DNA from: a bacterium
Lineage (GTDB): Bacteria > Patescibacteriota > Microgenomatia > Curtissbacterales > GWA2-41-24
Length of the DNA stretch: 64,000 bases
Reading direction: 5' to 3'
NCBI GenBank assembly: GCA_021813945.1
Contig: JAKAJD010000001.1
Location: 496,412-560,411, forward strand
This document shows, piece after piece, positions 26,716 through 36,430 of this stretch (position 1 is its first letter; each line of letters opens with the position of its first letter). The position numbers and the translations under genes were made by a program. Under the pieces are notes generated by a model. It had not been told where the DNA came from. It saw only the letters and a program-made list of their open reading frames with translations, and ran no database searches.

Positions 26716-28470
26716 ATGTACGCGGATGTTGTCGTATTAACCTACCAAGCACCGGATATCGACTCTTTTACATATGAAATTCCCAAAGGCCTAGACGTAA
26801 AAATCGGCCAACTGGTCGAAGTGCCATTCGGCAATAGACGTCCGACGGGAATAGTTGTGTCTAAAGACGAACGACTAAAGACTAACGCCAAAAATATTAG
26901 GCCCATTTCAAAGATTCTGCTCAACCGACCGATTTTGCTTCCCTATCAAATCGAACTCCTTAAATGGATGGCCAACTACTACCTCGCCCCAATGGTCAAC
27001 TGTCTGGAAGTAATGATGCCGAAAATCCCCAAAAAGTCTCTAGGCGAAAAGGCCAGGCCTTTACGCACGGACTCACCTCAGTTAAGGCCTGGCCTGAACC
27101 TTAACCATCAAGCGCAAAAGGTCAAGCCTTGGAAAACTGAAAGGTCTGACCTTAAGTTTAGCCAATCAATAATCCTCATCCCCTCAATCAACCGCATTCC
27201 GGAAACGTTAGCCAAATTCCCAAAAGCCAAAAATCCCGTCGTCTATCACAACGAACTAAAACCGGCGGAAAAACTTAACGCTTGGCAAAAAATTCTCTCC
27301 AGCGATGCTGATTACATTTTTGGGTCCAGATCCGCCGTTTTCGCTCCTTGCCCAAACCTTTCGGAGATCATAATCTACGACGAGCACGACGGCGCCTACA
27401 AAGACGAGCGCTCACCTTATTTTGACACCTTAACTGTTGCCCAAAAAATCGTAGAGCTCACCCGCGCCGAGCTAAAAATAGTCGACCCTTGTCCAAAAAT
27501 CACTACTTATTTTGGTCTTAAAAACCATATCAAAATGCAAAACTTTCCTCAAGAAACCACCGTAGTGGATATGCAAAACGAAAAGCAAAGCGGCCGCAAG
27601 AGCCCGATAAGCTTTGACCTCGAAGAAAAAATCCAAAATACTATTGACGAAAAAGGTAGTATTTTCCTGTTCTTAAACAAAAAGAAGGAGTCCGGTCACA
27701 TGTTTTGCAAATCTTGCAAGAATTCGCAGTTTCTGCAAAAACAACCGGAAACTTGCCCTGAATGTGCCTCTGCAGATATTTTTTGGAACGTTTTAAATAT
27801 CGACTCGCTTTCCGCCGAAGTTAAAAGACTATTTCCAAAAACGAAGGTTAATGCTATTTCTGGCGTTAGTCGTTCGTCGTTAAACGTTAGTCAAATTACA
27901 ATCGGGACGGCTTACTCCCTCTATGCCCAGCTTTTGAAAAAATACGATCTTGTAGCCCACATCCAAACCGATTCGGTCGCAAATCTTCCCGACTTTAACT
28001 CGCAAGAAAAACTTTACGCGCAAATTACGTCTTTGAAAAAACTTCTCACACCGGGCGGCAAACTATTCTTGCAAACCTACAATGTTGAAAATCGAACTAT
28101 AGAAGCTGCTGCAACCGGGAACTACCAGGCTTTTTTCGAAAGCGAAATATACCAAAAGAAACCTCTTAACTATCCCCCTTTTGGAATGCTTTTTAAGCTA
28201 ACCGCAAAGGGCAAAAACAAAGAAAAAATTCAAAAAGAGGCTCAGAAATTTTACGCGCAGCTGAAATCAAAACTCGATGAAAACATCACAACCCTCGGGC
28301 CTTATGAATCAGTCTTTATGCAAAAAACGCCAAGCTATCATATAATCTGCAAATACAAGCTTAAAAATTTCAGCTTATCGGAAAGAGAAAAGGCTGCCAA
28401 ACACGTAAGACCCCTAATCACCTTGCCCAAAAACTGGCAAGTTACAGTAGAACCTGATTCAATTAACTAA
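26716..28470 (+). CDS. priA: Primosomal protein N', degenerate helicase
   Basis: G.LVEVPFG 3'-binding domain, GSRSAVFAP, IIYDEHD.AYK, FLNKK, PDF..QEK, YPPF; upstream of def-fmt. Confidence 0.9.
   Translation: MYADVVVLTYQAPDIDSFTYEIPKGLDVKIGQLVEVPFGNRRPTGIVVSKDERLKTNAKNIRPISKILLNRPILLPYQIELLKWMANYYLAPMVNCLEVMMPKIPKKSLGEKARPLRTDSPQLRPGLNLNHQAQKVKPWKTERSDLKFSQSIILIPSINRIPETLAKFPKAKNPVVYHNELKPAEKLNAWQKILSSDADYIFGSRSAVFAPCPNLSEIIIYDEHDGAYKDERSPYFDTLTVAQKIVELTRAELKIVDPCPKITTYFGLKNHIKMQNFPQETTVVDMQNEKQSGRKSPISFDLEEKIQNTIDEKGSIFLFLNKKKESGHMFCKSCKNSQFLQKQPETCPECASADIFWNVLNIDSLSAEVKRLFPKTKVNAISGVSRSSLNVSQITIGTAYSLYAQLLKKYDLVAHIQTDSVANLPDFNSQEKLYAQITSLKKLLTPGGKLFLQTYNVENRTIEAAATGNYQAFFESEIYQKKPLNYPPFGMLFKLTAKGKNKEKIQKEAQKFYAQLKSKLDENITTLGPYESVFMQKTPSYHIICKYKLKNFSLSEREKAAKHVRPLITLPKNWQVTVEPDSIN
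27049..27155. repeat. Palindromic element cluster (4 cores) inside priA
   Basis: Cores at 27049, 27084, 27118 and 27141. Confidence 0.95.
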
Positions 28471-29003
28471 TGGTAAAACCGATTTTGACAATTCCAAAAG
28501 ATGACCAGGCGCTTCGCCAGAAGTCCCAAGAAATAACTGCGTTCGATAAATCTGTCGAAAATCTAATAACCGATCTTATAGACACCATCGAAGCCCAAAC
28601 CGACCCAATCGGCCTTGGCCTTTCCGCCCCGCAAATTGGGGTTTTTAAAAGGGCTTTTGTTGCCAGAATTAGAAATAAGCTGAAAAGTTTTATAAACCCA
28701 AAAATTACAAAATTTTCCAAAAATGAAACCAGTTTTTTGGAAGGCTGCTTCTCCGTCCCGGAACTTTACGGACATGTCATTCGCCCTTCAGAAATTGATA
28801 TCGAATCTCAAGACATGCACGGTAAAAAGGCCGCCGTTCACTACAACGGTGTAGCAGCTAGAATCATCCAGCATGAAGTTGACCACCTAGATGGCGTTTT
28901 GTTTATCGATCATGTCCACACCCAAAACGGCAAAGTTTTTAAGGTAGAAAAAGACAAACGCGGCAAAGAACAATTCGTCGAAGTGCCTCTTCCTCAAAGT
29001 TAA
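28470..29003 (+). CDS. def: Peptide deformylase
   Basis: GLGLSAPQIG, EGCFS, QHEVDHLDG. Confidence 0.97.
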   Translation: MVKPILTIPKDDQALRQKSQEITAFDKSVENLITDLIDTIEAQTDPIGLGLSAPQIGVFKRAFVARIRNKLKSFINPKITKFSKNETSFLEGCFSVPELYGHVIRPSEIDIESQDMHGKKAAVHYNGVAARIIQHEVDHLDGVLFIDHVHTQNGKVFKVEKDKRGKEQFVEVPLPQS

Positions 29004-29027
29004 ATTCCAAAAGAGTAAAATATAGCT

Positions 29028-29879
29028 ATGGAAAAAAGACTAAAAATCATCTTTTTTGGCAGCAGTAAATATTCTGTTATTGATGCTATCGCGCTTCACA
29101 AATCCTTTGGTCTTGAAACAATCGTTACAAGTCCAGACAAAGCAAAAGGCCGCCATAAAGAATTGGTTCCGGCACCGCCAAAAAAATTCGCAACAGAAAA
29201 CAATATCCCTGTAATAACAGCAGACGAAATAGAAGAAAGCCTTATTACAAAAGTTAAAAACCTAAATCCGGACTTTATTGTTGTTGCCGATTATGGACAC
29301 ATTCTTCCAAATACTTTGTTGAATATCCCAAAATACGAACCTTTAAACATCCATCACTCGCTTCTTCCAAATTACCGAGGACCCACTCCGGCACCTTCTG
29401 CGATTCTTGCCGGCGAAAAAGAAACCGGCCTTACGATTATAAAAATGACAGAGGATGTTGATGCCGGGCCAATTTACGCTCAGGAAATTTACAAATTAAA
29501 ACCAAATGAAACGACAGAAACGTTGTTGACAGAACTAAATACAATCGGTGGTAGACTTGCAGTAAAAGTTATAGAAGAAATTGCATCAGGAAAAAACCAG
29601 CCCAATCCGCAGAATAAACCGACTACAGATTACACACCGAAACTAACTAAACAGTCTGGCAAAATCGATATCGAAAATCCACCAGATCCAAAAACTTTAG
29701 ACCGCATGACTAGGGCATATTATCCTTGGCCTGCTGTCTGGACAAAAGTCGAAGGCAAGATAATCAAATTTCTTCCCGATCGCAAAATCCAGCCCGAAGG
29801 AAAACGGCCAATGAGCCTAAAAGAATTCCAAAACGGTTATCCAAAACTTTCTCAAGTAATTTCGACTTTATTTAACTAA
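29028..29879 (+). CDS. fmt: Methionyl-tRNA formyltransferase
   Basis: VADYG, NIHHSLLP.YRG.TP, DAGPI. Confidence 0.95.
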   Translation: MEKRLKIIFFGSSKYSVIDAIALHKSFGLETIVTSPDKAKGRHKELVPAPPKKFATENNIPVITADEIEESLITKVKNLNPDFIVVADYGHILPNTLLNIPKYEPLNIHHSLLPNYRGPTPAPSAILAGEKETGLTIIKMTEDVDAGPIYAQEIYKLKPNETTETLLTELNTIGGRLAVKVIEEIASGKNQPNPQNKPTTDYTPKLTKQSGKIDIENPPDPKTLDRMTRAYYPWPAVWTKVEGKIIKFLPDRKIQPEGKRPMSLKEFQNGYPKLSQVISTLFN

Positions 29880-29900
29880 AGTACTTGCAAGAGATAAAAT

Positions 29901-30239
29901 CTACGTAGATAAGATTGCGAGAATTTGTTCTTTTTGCTCTTCAGTTGCATATTTTGATATATCATCCACTAACTGACCAATAACCTCATTATCAACTTTG
30001 TCCAAAATGGCACGTATAGAATCGTTCTGCTGTAAATTTTCATAAACCTCCTGAAATTCTTTATCGCCTGAATTTAATGAGTCGGAAAGTTTTTTTGCGC
30101 CTTGTGTATCTACTTTCTCAATTTCTCCCAGAAGTTTTGAAAAATAATAATTGTAGAAGGTGACCTTAAATTCCTGTCTTTGATCGACAGGATAATTTGC
30201 TGTTTCCAAAATTTTGGAAAGAAGATCATCAAAATTCAT
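29901..30239 (-). CDS. Hypothetical acidic helical protein
   Basis: 112-aa ORF, ATGA-coupled to the upstream gene. Confidence 0.7.
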   Translation of the reverse strand: MNFDDLLSKILETANYPVDQRQEFKVTFYNYYFSKLLGEIEKVDTQGAKKLSDSLNSGDKEFQEVYENLQQNDSIRAILDKVDNEVIGQLVDDISKYATEEQKEQILAILST

Positions 30240-30568
30240 TTACCTCGTGGCTTATCACCAATACTTTGGCTCCCGGATTGTTCCACACCTTTACCAAGTA
30301 AACGTCTTTGGATCATATCCCTGAATTTAATTGACATAAGCGCTGGCCATCTGAAACCGTAATTCCATGTCACAACTTGGCTGATGTCAAGCGCTGCAGC
30401 AAGAGGTCTTATAACGGTTGGGAATTTATCATGATTGAAAGCTTCAAGTTTTTCGCCTTTTACAATAAAATCCCACCTTCGCCGCCTAGTAGTAAGTGCT
30501 TTCCCAAGATTATCATCCCGATTCGTTTCTCCTGTTTCTCCAGGTGCAATTCTGTCTTGGTCTTCCAT
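30236..30568 (-). CDS. Hypothetical protein
   Basis: 110-aa ORF; TATAAT 6 nt before the ATG. Confidence 0.65.
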   Translation of the reverse strand: MEDQDRIAPGETGETNRDDNLGKALTTRRRRWDFIVKGEKLEAFNHDKFPTVIRPLAAALDISQVVTWNYGFRWPALMSIKFRDMIQRRLLGKGVEQSGSQSIGDKPRGK

Positions 30569-30612
30569 AAAGGCATTATAAAGGAATCAAAAAAGATACG
30601 TCAAAAAATAAT

Positions 30613-30882
30613 TTAAGCGTTGGCAACTTGAGGAATTTCTGGAACAACTTTTTCTTCTTTTTTAGAAACTTTCTTTTCCATTTCCGTCTTAACTCTTCTT
30701 AAACATTTTGTACAAAGCCGCATTGTTTTGCGAACGCCTTTGTAAGTCACTTTCACCGAGTGAAGGTTAACCTGCCAAACTTTTCGTTTTTTGGTCGCCC
30801 TCATAGCCCAGCCTCCACCGTATTGGTGGGCACCGGACTTTTGGATTACAGATTTTTTTCCGCAAACTTCACAAGCTCTCAT
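30613..30882 (-). CDS. rpmB: 50S ribosomal protein L28
   Basis: CEVCGK, KRKVWQVNL, LCTKCLR; TTGACC-17-TATAGT upstream. Confidence 0.92.
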   Translation of the reverse strand: MRACEVCGKKSVIQKSGAHQYGGGWAMRATKKRKVWQVNLHSVKVTYKGVRKTMRLCTKCLRRVKTEMEKKVSKKEEKVVPEIPQVANA

Positions 30883-30945
30883 TTAGACTCCAACACAAAT
30901 CGTGTTAAACTATAGCATGCGTGGCCAATTTGGTCAATAATTCCA

Positions 30946-31617
30946 ATGTTTATTCAGCAATTCTTAAATAATCTTCAATCCAATCCTTCCGCGGCCATTT
31001 TAAACATGTTCGTGTATGTCGCCGCGCTAGTTGTAGCTATCTCGATCCACGAGGCAGCACATGCTTTTGTTGCTTACAGACTTGGTGACCCCACAGCAAA
31101 AATTGCCGGCAGATTAACACTTAATCCCTTCGCGCACTTAGATCCTTTGGGAACTCTAGCCATGTTATTAGTCGGAATCGGCTGGGGCAAACCCACACCA
31201 TTTGACCCATTCAACCTGCGAAACGTTAAAAGGGATTCTGCGTTAATTTCTGTAGCCGGCGCAGTCTCCAATTTTATCCTAGCAATAGTCATTTCCTTGC
31301 CTTACACCATTTCATACTATTTTTTAGGACGTATTCCTCAAAGTCTCGCAATTGTCTACGATTACGCATATATCGTGATTTTATTAAATTTATTACTTGG
31401 CGTTTTCAATTTAATTCCGGTTCATCCGTTGGATGGTTTTAAGGTACTGGCTGGCCTTCTTCCTCGTGACTGGTATTACGATTTTATACAAACAGAACGC
31501 TACGGAATTTTTATTCTTATACTTTTGCTTTTTACAGGCATGGTCTCAAGAATACTTTTTCCCATTGTATCGGTCCTTTTCAACCTTCTAGTCCCAGGTT
31601 TCAATGCCCCATTTTAG
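30946..31617 (+). CDS. Site-2 protease (M50)
   Basis: HEAAH, GDPT, GRLTLNP, FNLIPVHPLDG. Confidence 0.93.
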   Translation: MFIQQFLNNLQSNPSAAILNMFVYVAALVVAISIHEAAHAFVAYRLGDPTAKIAGRLTLNPFAHLDPLGTLAMLLVGIGWGKPTPFDPFNLRNVKRDSALISVAGAVSNFILAIVISLPYTISYYFLGRIPQSLAIVYDYAYIVILLNLLLGVFNLIPVHPLDGFKVLAGLLPRDWYYDFIQTERYGIFILILLLFTGMVSRILFPIVSVLFNLLVPGFNAPF

Positions 31618-31674
31618 CCTCAAAAACTGCTTTTTTTAGGTTGACTTTTGTGTTATTATTAAATTGTTCACAGG

Positions 31675-31845
31675 AAGCAAGCCCTACTTAGGTAGCACTT
31701 TAAAAAAGTTTTAGCCTTTTTCTTCGCCTTCAAGTATTATCTCGGGGATCTAATATTCGCAAATACCGAGGTATGGCGATGAAGATACCCACCTGGGAGA
31801 ACCCGAAGAAAAACTAAACCATGCGCCAAAAGTAGGGTCGCAATT
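31675..31845 (+). ncRNA. ssrS: Probable 6S RNA
   Basis: About 170-nt rod: GCCCTACTT/AAGTAGGGT closing stem, TTTTTCTTCG/CGAAGAAAAA, ATCTCGG/CCGAGGT, ACCCACCTG on the 3' side, followed by a terminator. Confidence 0.65.
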
Positions 31846-31851
31846 ATCTTT

Positions 31852-31878
31852 AAACCAAGCAATCGCTTGGTTTTTTTT
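31852..31878 (+). terminator. Intrinsic terminator
   Basis: AAACCAAGC-aatc-GCTTGGTTT followed by a T run. Confidence 0.85.
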
Positions 31879-31894
31879 ATCTGAAAATGGAAAA

Positions 31895-32005
31895 AAGGCC
31901 AGGCCTTTTCGCAGTAGTTCGTCTTGGTTAAGGCCTGGCCTTAACGAACGTTGACTAAAGGGCAGGCCTCAACCAAAGCCCTTTCCACGAAAAAGACCTG
32001 CCTTT
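31895..32005. repeat. Two tandem palindromic doublet elements
   Basis: Cores at 31895/31930 and 31958/31993 (35-bp spacing each). Confidence 0.92.
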
Positions 32006-32039
32006 GACTAGAGCCAGATTTTTAATTTTTTTTGGAAAT

Positions 32040-32561
32040 TTATTTTGTCCCGACTATTACTGCAATATCCGCAGAATCAGTTGATTCCAGGGGCGTTGCG
32101 CCTGCAACAGCGGAATACTTGTCTGAAAGATCAGAAATTAACTGATCCTTGTACTTAAGAAAGTCAGCCTTAAAATCAACCTCTGTGTTGGTGTAATCGT
32201 AATTTGAGGCATTACCAACAGAAACAACTGTGTAACCCTTACCCTGGAGGAAATCCTTAACAGCGGATGCTTTTCCGGCAACACCGCTTCCATTCAAAAC
32301 TTTTATCTTTGGAACGCTCCTGTCTAATGTTTGCGGGGAAGAGCTTGCCTCTTCAGCAGGTGCAACAGTTGCCTCAGGAGTTGGAGTTGCTTTCGCGACA
32401 AATGGACTGTATTTTGCAAAAGGACCAATGCCTCTAAAAAGCGCAAATGCCAAAGCTCCGATAATTATAAGGATGATAAGAATCCATAACCACTTGGCGC
32501 TTTTGCCCTGTGACTCCTGGTAAATTGGGCCGGTTGCCTGCGGTGTGTTTTGATCGTCCAT
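32040..32561 (-). CDS. LytR C-terminal domain membrane protein
   Basis: TM helix, IKVLNGSGVAGKA, VGNA, DIAVIVG. Confidence 0.85.
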   Translation of the reverse strand: MDDQNTPQATGPIYQESQGKSAKWLWILIILIIIGALAFALFRGIGPFAKYSPFVAKATPTPEATVAPAEEASSSPQTLDRSVPKIKVLNGSGVAGKASAVKDFLQGKGYTVVSVGNASNYDYTNTEVDFKADFLKYKDQLISDLSDKYSAVAGATPLESTDSADIAVIVGTK

Positions 32562-32685
32562 AATATAAACCGACCAAATTGTATCAAATCGTGTCAACCC
32601 CGTAAAGATAACAACTATCTTATGGGGTCAAGTAGGTAAATAACCTTGTTAAAATTCATGCTATATTATTCCTAAACCGAATCAA

Positions 32686-34602
32686 ATGCCTCGAAAAATT
32701 AACCTTACGATTCTGGCTCTTTTTGTGCTTCTTGGAATCTACTTTGCCAGAGTCAGAACCGTTGGCGACACAGCGGATACATACTGGCACTTAGCAGTTG
32801 GCCGGCAAGTTTGGCAGCAAAAAGAAATCCCAAAAACTGATGATTTTATCTATGGCAAAGCCGACACACACTACACCTCAACAGAATGGCTTTCCGGCTT
32901 AATCTTTTTTTTATTTGATGATTTTTTTGGATTTAAAAGTTTAGTTATCCTAAGGATCGCCTGTGCCCTTAGTACAATCTTTTTTCTTTACAAAACAGTC
33001 GAAGTTTTTACAAAAGACGAAAAAATCCAGTTCGCCGTTCTGGCAGCAACCGGCTACCCTCTTGCCGTTCGCCTTTTCGACCGGCCTGAGAACTTCAGCT
33101 ATTTATTTGTTGCTCTTATTAACTACGTTTGTTTTAAATATTTCTTCAAAGGAATTTTTAGCAAGTCCTTTTATGCACTTCCCGCAATTTTTCTTACCTG
33201 GCCCAGCATTCATGCATTTGTGGTTTACGGTTACGCCTTATTATCTTTTTGGATAACAATTTTTGTTTTTGAGCACTTCCGCAAAGTGAAATCCCGGCCA
33301 AACTTTATGTCGGTCATTTCGATTTGGTTAGTATCAACAATAGCAATCTTAATCCAAGCAAAAAGATTTTTCTTCTTCTTGGAGTTGAAAAAGCTAACAA
33401 GCTTTAGCGTCAACGAATGGGGTTCCCTAACAGATAGAATTTTTCTTTCAAGGGGCTATCAATTTTTTCAGCAAATGCCGGTTGAAGTTTATTTTTACGT
33501 GTTTTTATCCATAGTTGGACTCATTCTTGCAATTCACTGGATAGCTAAAAAGAGAGAAAATAATCTATCGCTTTATTTGATTTTTGCCACCTATTTTGCC
33601 ATCAGTCTGACACCAATCAGATATTATCGACTAATCCCACTCGTCCTTTTAACAGTTGCCCCGCTAATAATATTCTTCCTAAAAGACTTTAAAAACCAAG
33701 TATTTGACATCACTGTTAAACTTGTCGCCGGATTTTTGATAATTTTGACACTTGGTTCAATTTTCGTCGGCTACACAATTGGCTCGAAGTCGTACTTCAA
33801 AGCATCATTTGACGAAAGTGGCAAAACAATCGGCGTTAAATCGCGCCTTTGGGGTCAAGTTTTCCCCCAACAAACTTCAACTGTTATCGAAGGTTATCTC
33901 ACAACAAAACATCTTTACACGTTCGACTGGTGGAGCAACTTTTTCATTTGGCGAAATCCGACCGTTCAAACATACAGTGATGTCATGTATCAATATCGAA
34001 CTCCACAGGATTTCCAAGATGATCAAATAATCGGTTCCGGTCAAGAAGGCTGGGATAGGTTAGTTGAAAAATACAATATCGACACGGTTGTAAACAGCCA
34101 GTTTGCAGCGCCAAAAGGAAACAACACACCTGTATATAAACTATCCAACTGGAAGCTAGTTTATGTCGACAACATTTCTGCACTCTGGGCAAGAAACGAT
34201 GTTATAAAAACCTTGCCTGTTGATCTTTCAGCTTTAAGTTTGGAAATCCAGGAACCTTTGAAATTCAAACCGGAAAACAAAAATAGGGCGATTGACCAGC
34301 TTCAAAATCTGCTAAAATTTTATCCAAAAAACGATTTCGCCAGAGGACAGCTCATCCAAAACTACATAGACGAGTCAAAAATAACCGAGGCAAAAAGCCT
34401 GGCGGAGGAATCAAGAAAACTTATGCCTAATGATCCGACTTTCCCACTGTATCTTTCTGCAGTTTACGCATCATCCGGAAACTGCCAGCAAGCTTCCCAA
34501 TTTTCCAAAGAATCCTTGCAAAAAAGCTATAACGATTTCAATTTCCAAGCACTCGAAGCAATCATCCTGTCAAGTTGTCAAAGTCAAAATCAGTCACTTT
34601 GA
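32686..34602 (+). CDS. Polytopic membrane protein (GT-C-like) with TPR tail
   Basis: DTYWHLAVGR, EWLS, RPE.FS, W..IH motifs; about 11 TM segments. Confidence 0.72.
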   Translation: MPRKINLTILALFVLLGIYFARVRTVGDTADTYWHLAVGRQVWQQKEIPKTDDFIYGKADTHYTSTEWLSGLIFFLFDDFFGFKSLVILRIACALSTIFFLYKTVEVFTKDEKIQFAVLAATGYPLAVRLFDRPENFSYLFVALINYVCFKYFFKGIFSKSFYALPAIFLTWPSIHAFVVYGYALLSFWITIFVFEHFRKVKSRPNFMSVISIWLVSTIAILIQAKRFFFFLELKKLTSFSVNEWGSLTDRIFLSRGYQFFQQMPVEVYFYVFLSIVGLILAIHWIAKKRENNLSLYLIFATYFAISLTPIRYYRLIPLVLLTVAPLIIFFLKDFKNQVFDITVKLVAGFLIILTLGSIFVGYTIGSKSYFKASFDESGKTIGVKSRLWGQVFPQQTSTVIEGYLTTKHLYTFDWWSNFFIWRNPTVQTYSDVMYQYRTPQDFQDDQIIGSGQEGWDRLVEKYNIDTVVNSQFAAPKGNNTPVYKLSNWKLVYVDNISALWARNDVIKTLPVDLSALSLEIQEPLKFKPENKNRAIDQLQNLLKFYPKNDFARGQLIQNYIDESKITEAKSLAEESRKLMPNDPTFPLYLSAVYASSGNCQQASQFSKESLQKSYNDFNFQALEAIILSSCQSQNQSL

Positions 34603-34653
34603 TAACAAATTGCCCAAAAAATTTATATAAGGTAAAATCATATTCGCTTACAT

Positions 34654-34725
34654 GCCGAGATAGCTCAGTGGTAGAGCAACCGTTTTGTAAACGGTAGGTC
34701 CGGGGTTCGACCCCCCGTCTCGGCT
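34654..34725 (+). tRNA. tRNA-Thr(TGT)
   Basis: Cloverleaf GCCGAGA/TCTCGGC; anticodon loop ttTGTaa; TTCGA T-loop. Confidence 0.96.
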
Positions 34726-34751
34726 CAAAAGCTCGTTCTCTATTCCGATGC

Positions 34752-34836
34752 GCTGGGATGGCAGAGTGGACAATTGCAACGGTCTGTAAAACCGTCGTCC
34801 GAAAGGACTCCGAAGGTTCGAATCCTTCTCCCAGCA
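34752..34836 (+). tRNA. tRNA-Tyr(GTA)
   Basis: GCTGGGA/TCCCAGC; ctGTAaa; long variable arm GTCC-GAAA-GGAC. Confidence 0.96.
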
Positions 34837-34840
34837 CACA

Positions 34841-34912
34841 GCCGGCGTGGCTCAGTGGCAGAGCGTTTCCTTGGTAAGGAAAAGGTCATGGGTCCGATTC
34901 CCATCGCCGGCT
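34841..34912 (+). tRNA. tRNA-Thr(GGT)
   Basis: GCCGGCG/CGCCGGC; ttGGTaa; T-loop TCCGATT. Confidence 0.93.
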
Positions 34913-35008
34913 CAACTTCGGAGTCGTTGTTTATTCACAACTTATCTCCTAATGCCAAACCGATAAACCCCTATTATTTTTAGTTTGTTATAATAGCCTT
35001 AAAGGCTA

Positions 35009-36388
35009 ATGGATCCACAAGCTCCCCCTCCTCAATACCCTCCAGTTTCACCGCCAACACAAGTTCCAAATCCAGCCTCGCCTGCTATAAACATAGTCCA
35101 GGAACCGCCTCAAAAATCCCCAAAAAAGCTTTTTTTAATTATCCTGGCTGGCCTAGTCATCACACTAGTAACAGCATCTACCAGCGTTTACTTTTTCTAT
35201 TACCTACCACGCAAAAACACAACCGAAAACATCAGCTCTGTCTCGAAGTCGGTTTCCGATTTTAAAACATCTGTTTCTCAAATTAATTCATTGCTTCAGG
35301 ACATATCAAACCTTTCTCTTGGCAAAAAAGGCTCAGATTCAACATCGCTTCAAGTTTCGGGGCTAGCAATCCACCCTCAAATCGCCAGTTTAGAGCAAAA
35401 CACCAAAGTTCTCGGGGCAAAAACGTCACCCCAACTTGGACCAATCGAAACAGACGTCTCCAGTCTCAAAAAGATGATTATCTCCGAAAACCCATTTAAA
35501 AAACATCAAAACTCCAAGGTAGCAGGGGCAACAACTACTTCCGAAAGCGAAAGTGTAATAAATTCACGCAAAATCAAAGACGATTCCAGCAAAGCTCTTG
35601 ATACGGTAGACAGCGGCACTAAAAACCTGAAGGAGGTAACCGCAAAAACTGCAAACTTGAAAGGTGTTCCAAATAAAAGTAAAGCGATTTTAGAAAACAT
35701 TACTTATAAAGAGAGCGCAAACAGCTATTTAGAAGAAGCAGGAAAAATCTCAAATTACTACAACACCTTAAGCAGTACTACAATTGCACTAGACAGTAAA
35801 ATTAGATCGTACCAAGCTCTGATCGCAGAAGCCTCTGCGGAAATTGGGGCTGCCTTAACTACAAAGAATCTCTATGATGCAAAAGACGCTGTCGGCGCAG
35901 CACAAATATCACTTAACAAGGCAAATCAGTTAGCGCAAGATATAAAATCCCTTGGGTCAACGCTTGAGTCTACAGGTCAAACCAGTATGCCAAACGCTGC
36001 CCAAAAGTACCAACAGCACAACCTTAAAGTTGTCTCCTCAGTCACTGACTATTTCACAAGCGAGACAGAAATCCTGAAAAAATTCTCGACAACGCTGGAC
36101 GGTAGTATCACTACTGCCCAGCAAAGGCCGCTCAGCACAGACGAAGTTAACACCCTTTCTCAAGCATGGAACACTGCAATTTCCCAAGAAAATTTAGCTG
36201 ACGCAAACTTTACTACAGAACTGACAGCCCTATTAGGTGAAGAGATTAACCTCGCAGCCTCTTTCTGGCAAGATAATGGTATTTTAAGATTAAGCACAAG
36301 TGTTAATGGTGACATCGATACTTATCAAAAAGCGCTAAACGACCTAAAAACTGCCAATAAAATTCCATTCCAGAAAACCACCAACTAA
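35009..36388 (+). CDS. Membrane-anchored coiled-coil protein
   Basis: Pro-rich N-terminus, single TM, long helical region. Confidence 0.75.
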   Translation: MDPQAPPPQYPPVSPPTQVPNPASPAINIVQEPPQKSPKKLFLIILAGLVITLVTASTSVYFFYYLPRKNTTENISSVSKSVSDFKTSVSQINSLLQDISNLSLGKKGSDSTSLQVSGLAIHPQIASLEQNTKVLGAKTSPQLGPIETDVSSLKKMIISENPFKKHQNSKVAGATTTSESESVINSRKIKDDSSKALDTVDSGTKNLKEVTAKTANLKGVPNKSKAILENITYKESANSYLEEAGKISNYYNTLSSTTIALDSKIRSYQALIAEASAEIGAALTTKNLYDAKDAVGAAQISLNKANQLAQDIKSLGSTLESTGQTSMPNAAQKYQQHNLKVVSSVTDYFTSETEILKKFSTTLDGSITTAQQRPLSTDEVNTLSQAWNTAISQENLADANFTTELTALLGEEINLAASFWQDNGILRLSTSVNGDIDTYQKALNDLKTANKIPFQKTTN

Positions 36389-36430
36389 AGTAATTAACAT
36401 CCAAAGGGCTTTCCTGCTAAAATTATACTA

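Noticed and set aside
27049-27155. Inteins or introns explaining the FolD, PriA and ThyX inserts
   Set aside because: Inserts are only about 30-45 aa, lack Cys/Ser...His-Asn splice termini and show no group I/II intron core
34562-34983. Short ORFs over the tRNA cluster
   Set aside because: They are translations of tRNA genes
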